64,000 bases of DNA from Halomonas sp. 54_146 (GTDB taxonomy: Bacteria > Pseudomonadota > Gammaproteobacteria > Pseudomonadales > Halomonadaceae): the NCBI GenBank assembly GCA_001507855.1, contig LGEN01000009.1, positions 10,621 to 74,620 on the forward strand, read 5' to 3'. The notes under the pieces were generated by a model. That model ran no database searches. It was not told the origin of the DNA and was given only the letters and a program-made list of their open reading frames with translations. A program made the translations under genes and the position numbers. How positions within the stretch are numbered: position 1 is the stretch's first letter; each line of letters opens with the position of its first letter. Below, one piece after another: positions 48,851 to 57,728 of this stretch.

Positions 48851-50347
48851 ATGTCGCAAACTTCAGGGGCAATCGAACAGGCACCCAATGCGGTTGCTTT
48901 CAAGCCTATTTCGCTTGTCCTGGGTATCCTCATTGGCCTGGGTGTTTTCTTTCTATTGCCCGAGACCCTAGCCTTCAATGCACGGCTTGTAGCTGCCATT
49001 GCTATGCTGATGGCCATTTGGTGGATGACCGAGGCGATCCCTATTCCGGTCACCTCGCTATTACCTCTGGTGCTTTTTCCCTTCTTCGATATTGCCTCGA
49101 TAGGTGAGACAGCCTCGCCCTATGCCCACAGCATTGTGTTCTTAGTGCTGGGGGGCGTGCTTTTAGGCTTGGCGACACAACGCTGGAATCTCCATCGACG
49201 CTTTGCGTTACTGACAGTGCTCGCCGTGGGCACCAAGCCCGCTCAGATCGTTTTTGGCTTAATGTTTGCTAGCTGGTTTATCACCATGTGGGTTAGCAAT
49301 ACGGCTACTGCGGTGATAATGGTGCCGATAGGTGGCTCCATTATTGCCTTAGTAAAGTCGTTAGGTAACGGCGATGACACGCCGAAATTCTCAGCGGCTG
49401 TGCTGCTCGGCATTGCCTATGCGATCACCATTGGCTCGATGGCAACGTTAATTGGTCAACCTCCGATGGCGCTGATGCGTGCTTATATGGAGAGCGCTCA
49501 TGGGCTGGACATTAGTTTCGGCCACTGGATGCTATTAGGGGTGCCTTTCTCTACCACTATGCTGATTGCGGCCTGGTTTGTGCTTAACAAAATCGTATTT
49601 CGTGCGGAAGTCGAGGACATTCAGGGCGGGCGCGCGATGATCGAATCTGAACTCAAAGCCATGGGGCGGCTCGCAACAGAAGAAAAGCGGGTGTTGATGG
49701 TCTTCGCGGGCGCGGTGTTTTTTTGGGTCTGCGTACCACTGATCGGTAAGCTTTCAGCGGTTCAGGCAGTGCTGCCTTGGTTGTCAAATATTAACGACAC
49801 TAGCGTCGCCATTCTGGCGGCTATTTTGATGTTCGTCATTCCAGCGACGAAAGGGCAGGGCACATTACTAGAGTGGACGGCCACCCGCGACGTACCCTGG
49901 GGAGTGCTGATTTTGTTCGGCGGTGGCCTAACCCTTTCTGCACAGTTCACTGCCACCGGGCTGAGTGTCTGGATTGGCGAAAGCGTGTCTGGTTTGGCTG
50001 GGTTACCACCGATTCTCATACTGGCTGTCACTGCGCTGGTCATCATCTTATTAACCGAGCTGACCAGCAATACGGCCACCGCAGCGGCCTTCTTCCCCAT
50101 CATGGGAGCCATCGCTGTTGGGCTGGATATTGATCCTTTTCTGATGACTATCGTGGTGACCTTTGCTGTCAGCTGCGCTTTCATGTTGCCGGTGGCGACA
50201 CCTTCCAATGCCGTGGCCTTCGCGACGGGAGACTTGCCCATTAAGAACATGATACGCGCAGGCATTTGGCTCAATATGATTGGTCTGCTGGTGATTATCG
50301 TAGCGCTCTACACCATTGTTCCTCTGGTCTTCGATGTCTCATTCTGA
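48851..50347 (+). CDS. DASS/SLC13 family di/tricarboxylate transporter
   Basis: WWMTEAIPIPVTSLLP, MWVSNTATA, LIGQPPM, TELTSNTATA, FMLPVATPSNA. Confidence 0.92.
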   Translation: MSQTSGAIEQAPNAVAFKPISLVLGILIGLGVFFLLPETLAFNARLVAAIAMLMAIWWMTEAIPIPVTSLLPLVLFPFFDIASIGETASPYAHSIVFLVLGGVLLGLATQRWNLHRRFALLTVLAVGTKPAQIVFGLMFASWFITMWVSNTATAVIMVPIGGSIIALVKSLGNGDDTPKFSAAVLLGIAYAITIGSMATLIGQPPMALMRAYMESAHGLDISFGHWMLLGVPFSTTMLIAAWFVLNKIVFRAEVEDIQGGRAMIESELKAMGRLATEEKRVLMVFAGAVFFWVCVPLIGKLSAVQAVLPWLSNINDTSVAILAAILMFVIPATKGQGTLLEWTATRDVPWGVLILFGGGLTLSAQFTATGLSVWIGESVSGLAGLPPILILAVTALVIILLTELTSNTATAAAFFPIMGAIAVGLDIDPFLMTIVVTFAVSCAFMLPVATPSNAVAFATGDLPIKNMIRAGIWLNMIGLLVIIVALYTIVPLVFDVSF

Positions 50348-50476
50348 ACCTATTTAACAGGTGTCTTCGCACAACGTGACCGGTGTGACTGGCCGGTATG
50401 ACGGGTAGTTGCTTAGATGCTATTCGGGTGTGATGATCGCCAACATCTGATTTATTGCGCTCACAATACAAACTAA

Positions 50477-50493
50477 TGTTCGTCATAAGAACA
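50477..50493. promoter_or_regulatory. PcaR-type operator upstream of the BKACE gene
   Basis: TGTTCG-TCATA-AGAACA, 15/17 identical to the pcaI operator TGTTCGTCAAACGAACA, just upstream of the SD. Confidence 0.75.
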
Positions 50494-50506
50494 AGTGGAG
50501 GTTTCC

Positions 50507-51340
50507 ATGTCTGATCAGCCTTGCATTATTTGCGTTGCCATTACCGGCAGCTTGCCGCGTAAAGAGAACAACCCGGCCGTGCCTATCACGGTTGAAGAGC
50601 AGATTGAAAGCACCCAAGCGGCGTTCGAGGCGGGCGCGACTATTGCCCATTGCCACGTGCGTAACGATGACCAAACGCCTTCTTCAGACCCTGAAAAGTT
50701 TGGCCGTTTGATGGAAGGGCTCAAGAAACACTGCCCTGGCATGATTATTCAGCTTTCTACCGGCGGCCGTTCTGGCGCAGGGGAAGCGCGGGGCGGGATG
50801 CTGCCGCTGAAGCCTGATATGGCCAGCCTCTCGGTGGGTTCCAATAACTTCCCTAATCGTGTTTATGAGAACCCACCGCAGCTGGTGGAGTGGCTTGCCG
50901 ATGAAATGCTGAAGTATGACATTAAGCCTGAAATCGAGGCGTTTGATTTGTCGCATATCCATCAGGCGGTGAGCCTTTCCAAGCAGGGTAAGCTCAAAGC
51001 CCCGCTTTACGTGCAGTTTGTGATGGGGGTTAAAAACTCAATGCCCGCAGACAAACCCACGTTTGATTTTTATATCGAAACGCTTAAGCGCTTAGCGCCA
51101 GACGCCCAGTGGTGTGGTGCCGGCATCGGTGCCAATCAGGCGGTGCTCAACGAATGGTCAATCGCCGCAGGCGGCCATACCCGCACCGGGCTTGAAGACA
51201 ACGTGCGCCTGGATAGCGCTACACTCGCACCTTCCAACGCTGCGTTGGTTGAGCGTACCGTGGCTCTGTGCGAAAAGTACCAGCGCCCGGTGGCTACCTG
51301 GCAGCAGGCGCGTGAGATGCTTGGGTTGAACAATGTGTAA
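50507..51340 (+). CDS. Beta-keto acid cleavage enzyme (DUF849/BKACE/Kce family)
   Basis: CVAITG...NPAVP, Zn ligands AHCHVR, LSTGG, KPEIEAFD, HTRTGLEDN. Confidence 0.93.
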   Translation: MSDQPCIICVAITGSLPRKENNPAVPITVEEQIESTQAAFEAGATIAHCHVRNDDQTPSSDPEKFGRLMEGLKKHCPGMIIQLSTGGRSGAGEARGGMLPLKPDMASLSVGSNNFPNRVYENPPQLVEWLADEMLKYDIKPEIEAFDLSHIHQAVSLSKQGKLKAPLYVQFVMGVKNSMPADKPTFDFYIETLKRLAPDAQWCGAGIGANQAVLNEWSIAAGGHTRTGLEDNVRLDSATLAPSNAALVERTVALCEKYQRPVATWQQAREMLGLNNV

Positions 51341-51638
51341 AAATGTTAGCTGCTACCCAACGGTGGGTGAAGGAACATACTCAATCACCATCGGATTGTT
51401 GTGTAGTCGTCTTTAAGGTGTCAGAGAGGGCTACTTACTTCGCGATATGTCAGTAGTCACCGGTAATTTTTCATAAAGCAGCCAGTATTATCCTTTTGTC
51501 GTAAATGTATTTTGTAGCGCGATGTGGTTGAGAACCCTAGCGGCCGCGGCAAATGGCTGTCGTATCGGGCTAACGGCTGAAGTGCTACGGCTTTTCTCAT
51601 TTCGTTATTTAAGGTATTTATGCTCATTTAGTGATTAG

Positions 51639-51667
51639 TGGTGCAGCGTTAAGCTGCACCATTTTTT
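51639..51667 (+). terminator. Intrinsic terminator in the BKACE-catB gap
   Basis: TGGTGCAGC-GTTAA-GCTGCACCA-TTTTTT. Confidence 0.75.
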
Positions 51668-51803
51668 ATTGTAGTCATTTGATTTAGTTGAATTTTAATC
51701 TATCAGTATTTAAGAAAATATATTTTTAGTTTGTTTTGCACGGTTTAATTTAAGCTACAGCTACACATGAGCGTTAAACAGCAACGCTAATGCTGGGTTA
51801 GCG

Positions 51804-51818
51804 ATACCCTTACGGTAT
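51804..51818 (+). promoter_or_regulatory. CatR/BenM-type LysR operator upstream of catB
   Basis: ATAC-CCTTACG-GTAT (ATAC-N7-GTAT). Confidence 0.8.
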
Positions 51819-51905
51819 GGAAAGGCACTTAAACAATATTGGTTTCTAAAATCAGATGCTACCAAACTGCAGCCTAGCTAATGATTGCCAGACGCTGGAG
51901 CCTGC

Positions 51906-53024
51906 ATGTCAACCGTCATCCAACATATTGAGACGCTGCTGGTCGATTTACCGACTATCCGTCCTCACAAACTCTCCATGACCACCATGGCCTGCCAAAC
52001 CATGGTGATTGTGCGCATGCGCCACTCCGACGGTATCGAAGGGCTCGGCGAAGGCACCACCATTGGTGGCTTGGCCTATGGCCCGGAAAGCCCGGAGAGC
52101 ATTAAGCGCAATATTGATACTTATCTAGCCCCTCTACTGGTCGGCCAGCCCTCTAACAATGTTCATCAGTTGCGTGCTCGGCTTAACCGCCATGCTCGCG
52201 GCAATATGATCGCCAAATCTGCATTAGAAACGGCTCTGTTGGATGCTCAGGGCAAGCGCTTGGGATTGAGCGTCGCCGAGCTGCTGGGCGGCGTACGTCA
52301 GGATCACTTGCCCGTACTATGGACGCTAGCCAGTGGTGATACCGCCAAAGATATTGATGAGGCCATGCTGCGTTTAGAACAGCGTCGGCACTGCGACTTC
52401 AAGTTAAAAATTGGTGCTAACCCGGTGGATCAGGACGTGCGCCATGTGGCGGCTATCAAGGAAGCGCTGGGTGATCGGGCCAGCGTGCGAGTTGATGTTA
52501 ATCAGGCGTGGGATGAATCCACCGCCGTTCGCGGTATTCAGGTGCTACAGGATGCTGGCATTGAGTTAATTGAGCAGCCCATTGGCGCTCGTGAACATGC
52601 CGGCTTAGTTCGCTTGGCTAACCGCTTCAATGTGCCAATGCTCGCCGATGAGGCGGTGCAAGATGCCCGCGACGGGCTTGATCTTGTGTGCGGCGGCTTC
52701 AGTGGTGCCTTTGCGCTGAAGATTGCCAAATCCGGCGGTATTTACGGGGTACTAGAGTTAGCTCACGTCGCCCAAGCGGCTGGCATTGGCTTATATGGCG
52801 GCACCCTGCTGGAGGGCACTATCGGTACGGCTGCCTCTCTACATGCCTGGGCAACGCTGCCAGCAATGGCCTGGGGCACGGAAATGTTCGGCCCGCTGCT
52901 GCTGCAAGACGACATCGTCGTTTCCCCTCTCAACTACACCGAATTTGGGGTGGAGTTACCGCAAGGGGCTGGGCTCGGCATCACTCTAGATGAAGATAAG
53001 TTGGCGCATTACTCACGCAAGTAA
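51906..53024 (+). CDS. catB: Muconate cycloisomerase
   Basis: VDLPTIRPHKLS, GEGTTIGGLAYG, FKLKIG, RVDVNQAW, LIEQP, LADE, YGGTLLEG. Confidence 0.96.
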   Translation: MSTVIQHIETLLVDLPTIRPHKLSMTTMACQTMVIVRMRHSDGIEGLGEGTTIGGLAYGPESPESIKRNIDTYLAPLLVGQPSNNVHQLRARLNRHARGNMIAKSALETALLDAQGKRLGLSVAELLGGVRQDHLPVLWTLASGDTAKDIDEAMLRLEQRRHCDFKLKIGANPVDQDVRHVAAIKEALGDRASVRVDVNQAWDESTAVRGIQVLQDAGIELIEQPIGAREHAGLVRLANRFNVPMLADEAVQDARDGLDLVCGGFSGAFALKIAKSGGIYGVLELAHVAQAAGIGLYGGTLLEGTIGTAASLHAWATLPAMAWGTEMFGPLLLQDDIVVSPLNYTEFGVELPQGAGLGITLDEDKLAHYSRK

Positions 53025-53043
53025 ACGTCACGTAAGTAAAAGC
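53014..53043. repeat. 15-bp stop-codon echo repeat after catB
   Basis: CACGCAAGTAAACGT, CACGTAAGTAAAAGC. Confidence 0.7.
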
Positions 53044-53097
53044 CGCAGTAAATAAAGCCATCGTTTGTGATCGCCCGCGATGAAAGAGGAGAGCCAT

Positions 53098-53388
53098 ATG
53101 CTGTTTCAAGTTGAGATGACCGTTAAGTTGCCGCCGGACATGCCTGCCGAGCAGGCAGCCAAGATCAAGGCAACGGAAAAGGCGTATTCCCAAGACCTGC
53201 AGCGCCAGGGTAAGTGGCGCCACTTGTGGCGGGTAGCGGGTAGCTACTCGAACGTCAGTATTTTTGACGTGGAAGACAACGCCGAGCTGCAAGAGTTGGT
53301 CAGCAATCTGCCGCTCTTCCCCTATATGGAGATCAGCGTCAAACCGCTGTGTCGTCACCCCTCTTCAGTGCGTGATGACGACAGCTAG
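53098..53388 (+). CDS. catC: Muconolactone delta-isomerase
   Basis: 96 aa; MLFQVEMTV, GKWRHLWRVAGSYSNVSIFDV, LPLFPYMEI...LCRHPSS. Confidence 0.97.
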   Translation: MLFQVEMTVKLPPDMPAEQAAKIKATEKAYSQDLQRQGKWRHLWRVAGSYSNVSIFDVEDNAELQELVSNLPLFPYMEISVKPLCRHPSSVRDDDS

Positions 53389-53454
53389 TTCTCCACATAA
53401 CACGCCAAATCGTATGACGACAACAACACCCCATAACAAACAGAGGGTTTCACC

Positions 53455-54429
53455 ATGACTGTAAAAATATTCGACACGCCCGAGGTTCAAGACTTCATCA
53501 AAACCGTGGCCGGCTTTGATAAAGCCGGTGGCAATGACCGCGCCAAGCAGATCGTCCATCGCCTGGTCAGCGACCTGTTCAAGCTGATCGATGACTTCGA
53601 TGTCACCGAGGAAGAGTACTGGGCCGGTGTCAACCTGCTCAATGCCCTGGGTAGCCAAACCCAGTTCGGGTTGCTCTCGCCCGGTCTCGGCTTTGACCAC
53701 TTCCTCGATATGCGTCAAGACGCCATCGATGCCGAAGCCAAGCGCACCGGCGGCACCCCGCGTACCATCGAAGGCCCGCTCTACGTGGCCGGTGCCCCGG
53801 AAGCGGAAGGCTTCGCCCGCATGGACGACGGCAGTGATCCCGATGCCGAGGTGATGTGGCTGACCGGTCAGGTGCGCGATGTCGACGGTACCCCGATCCC
53901 CGGCGCTAAGGTTGAAATCTGGCACTGCAACTCCAAGGGCGGCTACTCGTTCTTTGATCCCTCCCAGGATGAGTACAACATGCGCCGCACGATCTATGCG
54001 GACAGCGAAGGCCGCTACACCGCGCGCAGCATCATTCCCTCCGGCTACGGCGTGCCTGAAGGCGCCCCCACCGATGTGGTGCTCAAGTCCCTGGGCCGTC
54101 ACGGCGAACGCCCGGCGCATATCCACTACTTCGTCTCCGCACCGGGCCATCAGCACCTGACCACCCAGATCAACCTGGCGGGCGACCCCTACACCTTTGA
54201 CGACTTCGCCTTCGCGACCCGGGAAGAGCTGGTGGTGCCCGCTGAACGGATCGAAGATCCGGCCGAGATCGCCAAGCGCGACCTGGACGGCCCGTTCTCC
54301 CATGTGGTGTTTAACGTCGAACTGGCTAAAACCGAAGCCCCTGAGCTGCAAGTGCGTCACGCCCGCCCCCGCGCCAAGGAAGACGAGCAGGATCTCGCTA
54401 GCCAGTTGGCGGGTACCGCGAAGGTTTAA
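53455..54429 (+). CDS. catA: Catechol 1,2-dioxygenase
   Basis: GLGFDHFLD, GTPRTIEGPLYVAGAP, SIIPSGYGVP, RPAHIHYF. Confidence 0.97.
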   Translation: MTVKIFDTPEVQDFIKTVAGFDKAGGNDRAKQIVHRLVSDLFKLIDDFDVTEEEYWAGVNLLNALGSQTQFGLLSPGLGFDHFLDMRQDAIDAEAKRTGGTPRTIEGPLYVAGAPEAEGFARMDDGSDPDAEVMWLTGQVRDVDGTPIPGAKVEIWHCNSKGGYSFFDPSQDEYNMRRTIYADSEGRYTARSIIPSGYGVPEGAPTDVVLKSLGRHGERPAHIHYFVSAPGHQHLTTQINLAGDPYTFDDFAFATREELVVPAERIEDPAEIAKRDLDGPFSHVVFNVELAKTEAPELQVRHARPRAKEDEQDLASQLAGTAKV

Positions 54430-54538
54430 TAGCCTTGTTAATTTCCTTTAAGTGCTTGAAGGGGCTTTAAAGAAGGGCCGCGCTAGGAAGGGGAATTGGC
54501 AAGCTCCAAAGGATCCACTTTCCTTTGAATATCATAGG

Positions 54539-55441
54539 TTATGGGTAGCGGCCCATGAAGCGATCATCAACAAGCTTGTGTAAAATGGTGGTCGCTTCAT
54601 TCATGAGAAGTGATGGTTTTTCACCGCGGCGACGGCTGCAGACAACAGGTGAGGTGATTGTCTTGTCCGCCAATGCTACATAAGAAATACCATCTCGTTG
54701 TACGCGCTTTACCTCCTCAGGTACCAGTGTAATACCGATATCAGAGGCGACGAGGCTAAGTGCTGTCTGAACTTCGTTTGCTTCCTGTATGACCTCAACC
54801 TTTAAGCCTTGTCGGCGGAAAATACCTAGTACCATATCTGCCAAGCTAGGACGTGGTTTGGCGGGGAAAAGAATAAGTGGATAACGTGCCAATTCTTCGC
54901 ATGTAGGCGTAGTGCCCTCTAAAGGGTGACCGCTAGGAAGGGCAGCAATAAATGGCTCATTGAAGAGTATCTCTTGCTCTACGTCTGGATCATCAATGCG
55001 AAGACGTCCAAATCCCATGTCAATACGACCTGCTTTAAGCGCCTGAATTTGCTGTATGGTCGTAAGTTCTGTCAATGATATTTCCACATTCTCAATTTGA
55101 CGCAAGTCGCGAACCAGCATTGGAATCTGCCCATAAAAGATAGAGGGGACAAAGCCAATTCCAAATAGAGTTCGCTTGCTACGTGCCATGTGGCGTGTTG
55201 TATCAATAGTGACGTCTACTTTCTCCAAAATTTCTAAAGCACGCTGCTGAAAAAATATACCCGATGGTGTTAAGCGAAGGCCTCGCGAGCTTCTCTCAAA
55301 CAGTTCGACCCCAACTTCCTGCTCTAGCTGTTTAACTTGGCGCGAAAGTGGCGGCTGTGACATATGCAAGCGTTTAGCGGCACAGGTGAGATTAAGCTCT
55401 TCAGCGACAACGCAAAAGTACCTCAGGTGGCGTAATTCCAT
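54539..55441 (-). CDS. catR: LysR family regulator CatR/BenM-like
   Basis: MELRHLRYF...SQPPLSRQ, IGFVPSIFYG, FPAKPRPSLAD. Confidence 0.88.
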   Translation of the reverse strand: MELRHLRYFCVVAEELNLTCAAKRLHMSQPPLSRQVKQLEQEVGVELFERSSRGLRLTPSGIFFQQRALEILEKVDVTIDTTRHMARSKRTLFGIGFVPSIFYGQIPMLVRDLRQIENVEISLTELTTIQQIQALKAGRIDMGFGRLRIDDPDVEQEILFNEPFIAALPSGHPLEGTTPTCEELARYPLILFPAKPRPSLADMVLGIFRRQGLKVEVIQEANEVQTALSLVASDIGITLVPEEVKRVQRDGISYVALADKTITSPVVCSRRRGEKPSLLMNEATTILHKLVDDRFMGRYP

Positions 55442-55862
55442 AAGAACTCCAAGGTATGAGTAACTTCTTAACTAATGGTGGCATTTACCTTCGGTGGCTT
55501 CCAATCAGGCTGCATTGCTCAAACAACCGGGCAATCTGCTACTAACTAGGTGAGGCGCTATAACGCTACCAGTATTTACGCACTTGAAAGCTAAATAACG
55601 TCTAAGACTTTAGTAATGCAAGGTAGTAACAAGAGGGGGAAAGCTTCCGAGTACGCCTATTCGCTGAGCTTTCAGCAACGACTCGTATAGCTTGGTTAGT
55701 CGCTGACACATAGTTGCACGAGGAAGGGGCTTCAACGCTTTATAATGCCTAGTATCGAACCGCCAGGAAATTACTTGCCGTCTAACACACCCTAGCCCAT
55801 GCTTTTAGCAAGACGCTATAACCTAGGGTATTGGCTAAAACGAAACGTTAGGACGTTTGAAC

Positions 55863-56390
55863 ATGGCAAAATTCTTCCAGGAATTCCGAGAGTTTGCGGT
55901 AAAAGGCAACGTCGTCGATATGGCGGTGGGGATCATTATCGGTGGGGCGTTTACGCTGATTGTGCAGAGCCTGGTGGCGGATGTGATGAACCCGCTGATT
56001 GGCTTGTTGGTGGGCGGTGTGGATTTTTCCAATCTGTTTGTAGTGTTACGCCAAGGGGCGGTGGGCGGCCCTTATGCGACGCTGGCGGATGCCCAGGAGG
56101 CAGGGGCGGTAACGCTAAACCTCGGGCTTTTTATCAATGCGGTGGTCAGCTTTATGATTGTCGCCTTCGTGGTCTTCTTATTGGTACGCACCATTAACCG
56201 ATTAAAGCGCGAAGAGGCGGTAGCGCCTGCGAACCCTACGGAGCAGCCGTGCCCTTACTGTTTGATGGTGGTGCCGATCAAAGCCACGCGCTGTGGCCAC
56301 TGCACAGCAATGTTGGATCAGCCAGCGGAGGCTGAAACGCCGGTTGAAGTTACCTCTGCGCCACCGCAAATGCCACCCGCAAAACCTTGA
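55863..56390 (+). CDS. mscL: Large-conductance mechanosensitive channel with C-terminal Cys4 extension
   Basis: [24 protein letters not shown]; [14 protein letters not shown]; tail CPYC-x10-CGHC. Confidence 0.93.
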   Translation: MAKFFQEFREFAVKGNVVDMAVGIIIGGAFTLIVQSLVADVMNPLIGLLVGGVDFSNLFVVLRQGAVGGPYATLADAQEAGAVTLNLGLFINAVVSFMIVAFVVFLLVRTINRLKREEAVAPANPTEQPCPYCLMVVPIKATRCGHCTAMLDQPAEAETPVEVTSAPPQMPPAKP

Positions 56391-56397
56391 GCCACTA

Positions 56398-56431
56398 AAA
56401 AGGGCGCCACTGCTGAAGAGGCGCCCTTTCA
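56398..56431. terminator. Terminator-like hairpin between convergent mscL and hemY
   Basis: AAAAGGGCGCC...GGCGCCCTTTC. Confidence 0.7.
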
Positions 56432-56450
56432 CGTTATACCAGAAGCAACC

Positions 56451-57728
56451 CTAGGCGCTTTTCTTAATGGTTTTGCTGTCTTTTTGCTTACTGCCGGGCT
56501 TTTTGCTGTCGTTAGCATCGCTGGGTTGCGGCAGCGATGGCAGCGATTTGGCCAGCATTTCGACGCTGTGGCGATAGTAGAGCTGGCTCTTATTATGCTC
56601 GCCAAGGCTTGCATAGAGACGTGCAAGTTCAGCGCAAACTTCGCCATTGGGGCGCTGACGCTGGCTGGCTTCAAAGTACTCTAATGCCTTTTGCCATTGG
56701 CCGGTGCGCAGCGAAAGCCGACCACACGCTAGCAGCAGCTCGGGGTCGTTGGGGCGCTCTTGAAGCCACTTTTCGGCTTTAATAAGCTGGCGACCCGCAT
56801 CCACATTCAGCAGGCCATAGCGCTTCACCAACCGCGCGTCCCAGTGTTGGTCCAGCGAGTGGTTGAGCAGGCGTTCTGCAATTGGTTCTTCGTTGGCTTG
56901 AATCAACGCTTCACTGTAAAGCACGATCAGCTCGGTATTGCCGCGCAGGTAGTCAGGCATATCTGCCCACAGGCCGCGCACTCGCTCAATGTTAGTGGGG
57001 TTTTGGGCTTCGAACACGATGAGTTCGCGGTAGGCTTTAAACTCTAACTGCTCACGTTCTTGCTGGGTGATTAGCTTTTGCGCTGCCAGGCGTGGAATCA
57101 AGTGCCGCAGGCCTTCCCAATCGTTAACGCTTACATGCACCTGCTTGAGCAGTTTGAGCACCTGCGGATGGTTCGTGAGCTTTTTATCCAACCGGTTGAG
57201 AATTGCCTGGGCTTCTTCCGGCTGCTGGCGCTCAATCATCATCTGCGCTTGCATCAAGCCAACGGCGGTATCGGCTCCGTCGGTGGTGAGCTGCGCCTGA
57301 TTCAGGTGCTCCTGGGATTTAGCGTGATGGCCCTGGTAATGGGCAGCCAGCGCCGCCGATAGGTAGTTAACCAGCGGTGTGCTGGAGTCGTCTGCAGCAC
57401 TCACCAGGGTTTTTTCAGCTTTTTTCCAGCGGCCTTCGGTCAGCGCTACCAAACCGCGCACGGTGCGCTGCATGGCGCGACGGTTGCGGGCACGGCTGTT
57501 CCAGCTGCGAAAGCGCCCCATCGGGCGAATAATGCCGCTGAGCAGGCGCAAAACAAAATGCAGTGCGATAAACGCCGCGAACAGCAGCACCAGGCCAAAC
57601 CAGAACGACGTTTGAACGGAAGCGTCGCCTACGCGGATCAGCCAGTAGCCGGGCACGGACATCATCAGGTGCCCAAACAGGGCACCGACGGCGAGGCCTG
57701 CAACAATGAGGAGAACAAGCTTTCTCAT
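56451..57728 (-). CDS. hemY: HemY-family (protoporphyrin-associated TPR) protein
   Basis: PGYWLIR...QTSFW, ALTEGRWKKAEK, LLLACGRLSLR; follows hemX. Confidence 0.88.
   Translation of the reverse strand: MRKLVLLIVAGLAVGALFGHLMMSVPGYWLIRVGDASVQTSFWFGLVLLFAAFIALHFVLRLLSGIIRPMGRFRSWNSRARNRRAMQRTVRGLVALTEGRWKKAEKTLVSAADDSSTPLVNYLSAALAAHYQGHHAKSQEHLNQAQLTTDGADTAVGLMQAQMMIERQQPEEAQAILNRLDKKLTNHPQVLKLLKQVHVSVNDWEGLRHLIPRLAAQKLITQQEREQLEFKAYRELIVFEAQNPTNIERVRGLWADMPDYLRGNTELIVLYSEALIQANEEPIAERLLNHSLDQHWDARLVKRYGLLNVDAGRQLIKAEKWLQERPNDPELLLACGRLSLRTGQWQKALEYFEASQRQRPNGEVCAELARLYASLGEHNKSQLYYRHSVEMLAKSLPSLPQPSDANDSKKPGSKQKDSKTIKKSA

Noticed and set aside
53365-54360. 331-aa minus-strand ORF
   Set aside because: Antisense shadow of catA caused by its strong codon bias; no recognisable motifs.
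54525-54545. CATAGGTTATG resembling the PcaQ operator at the catR stop
   Set aside because: Only the right half matches, and it lies between convergent gene ends with no promoter to control.
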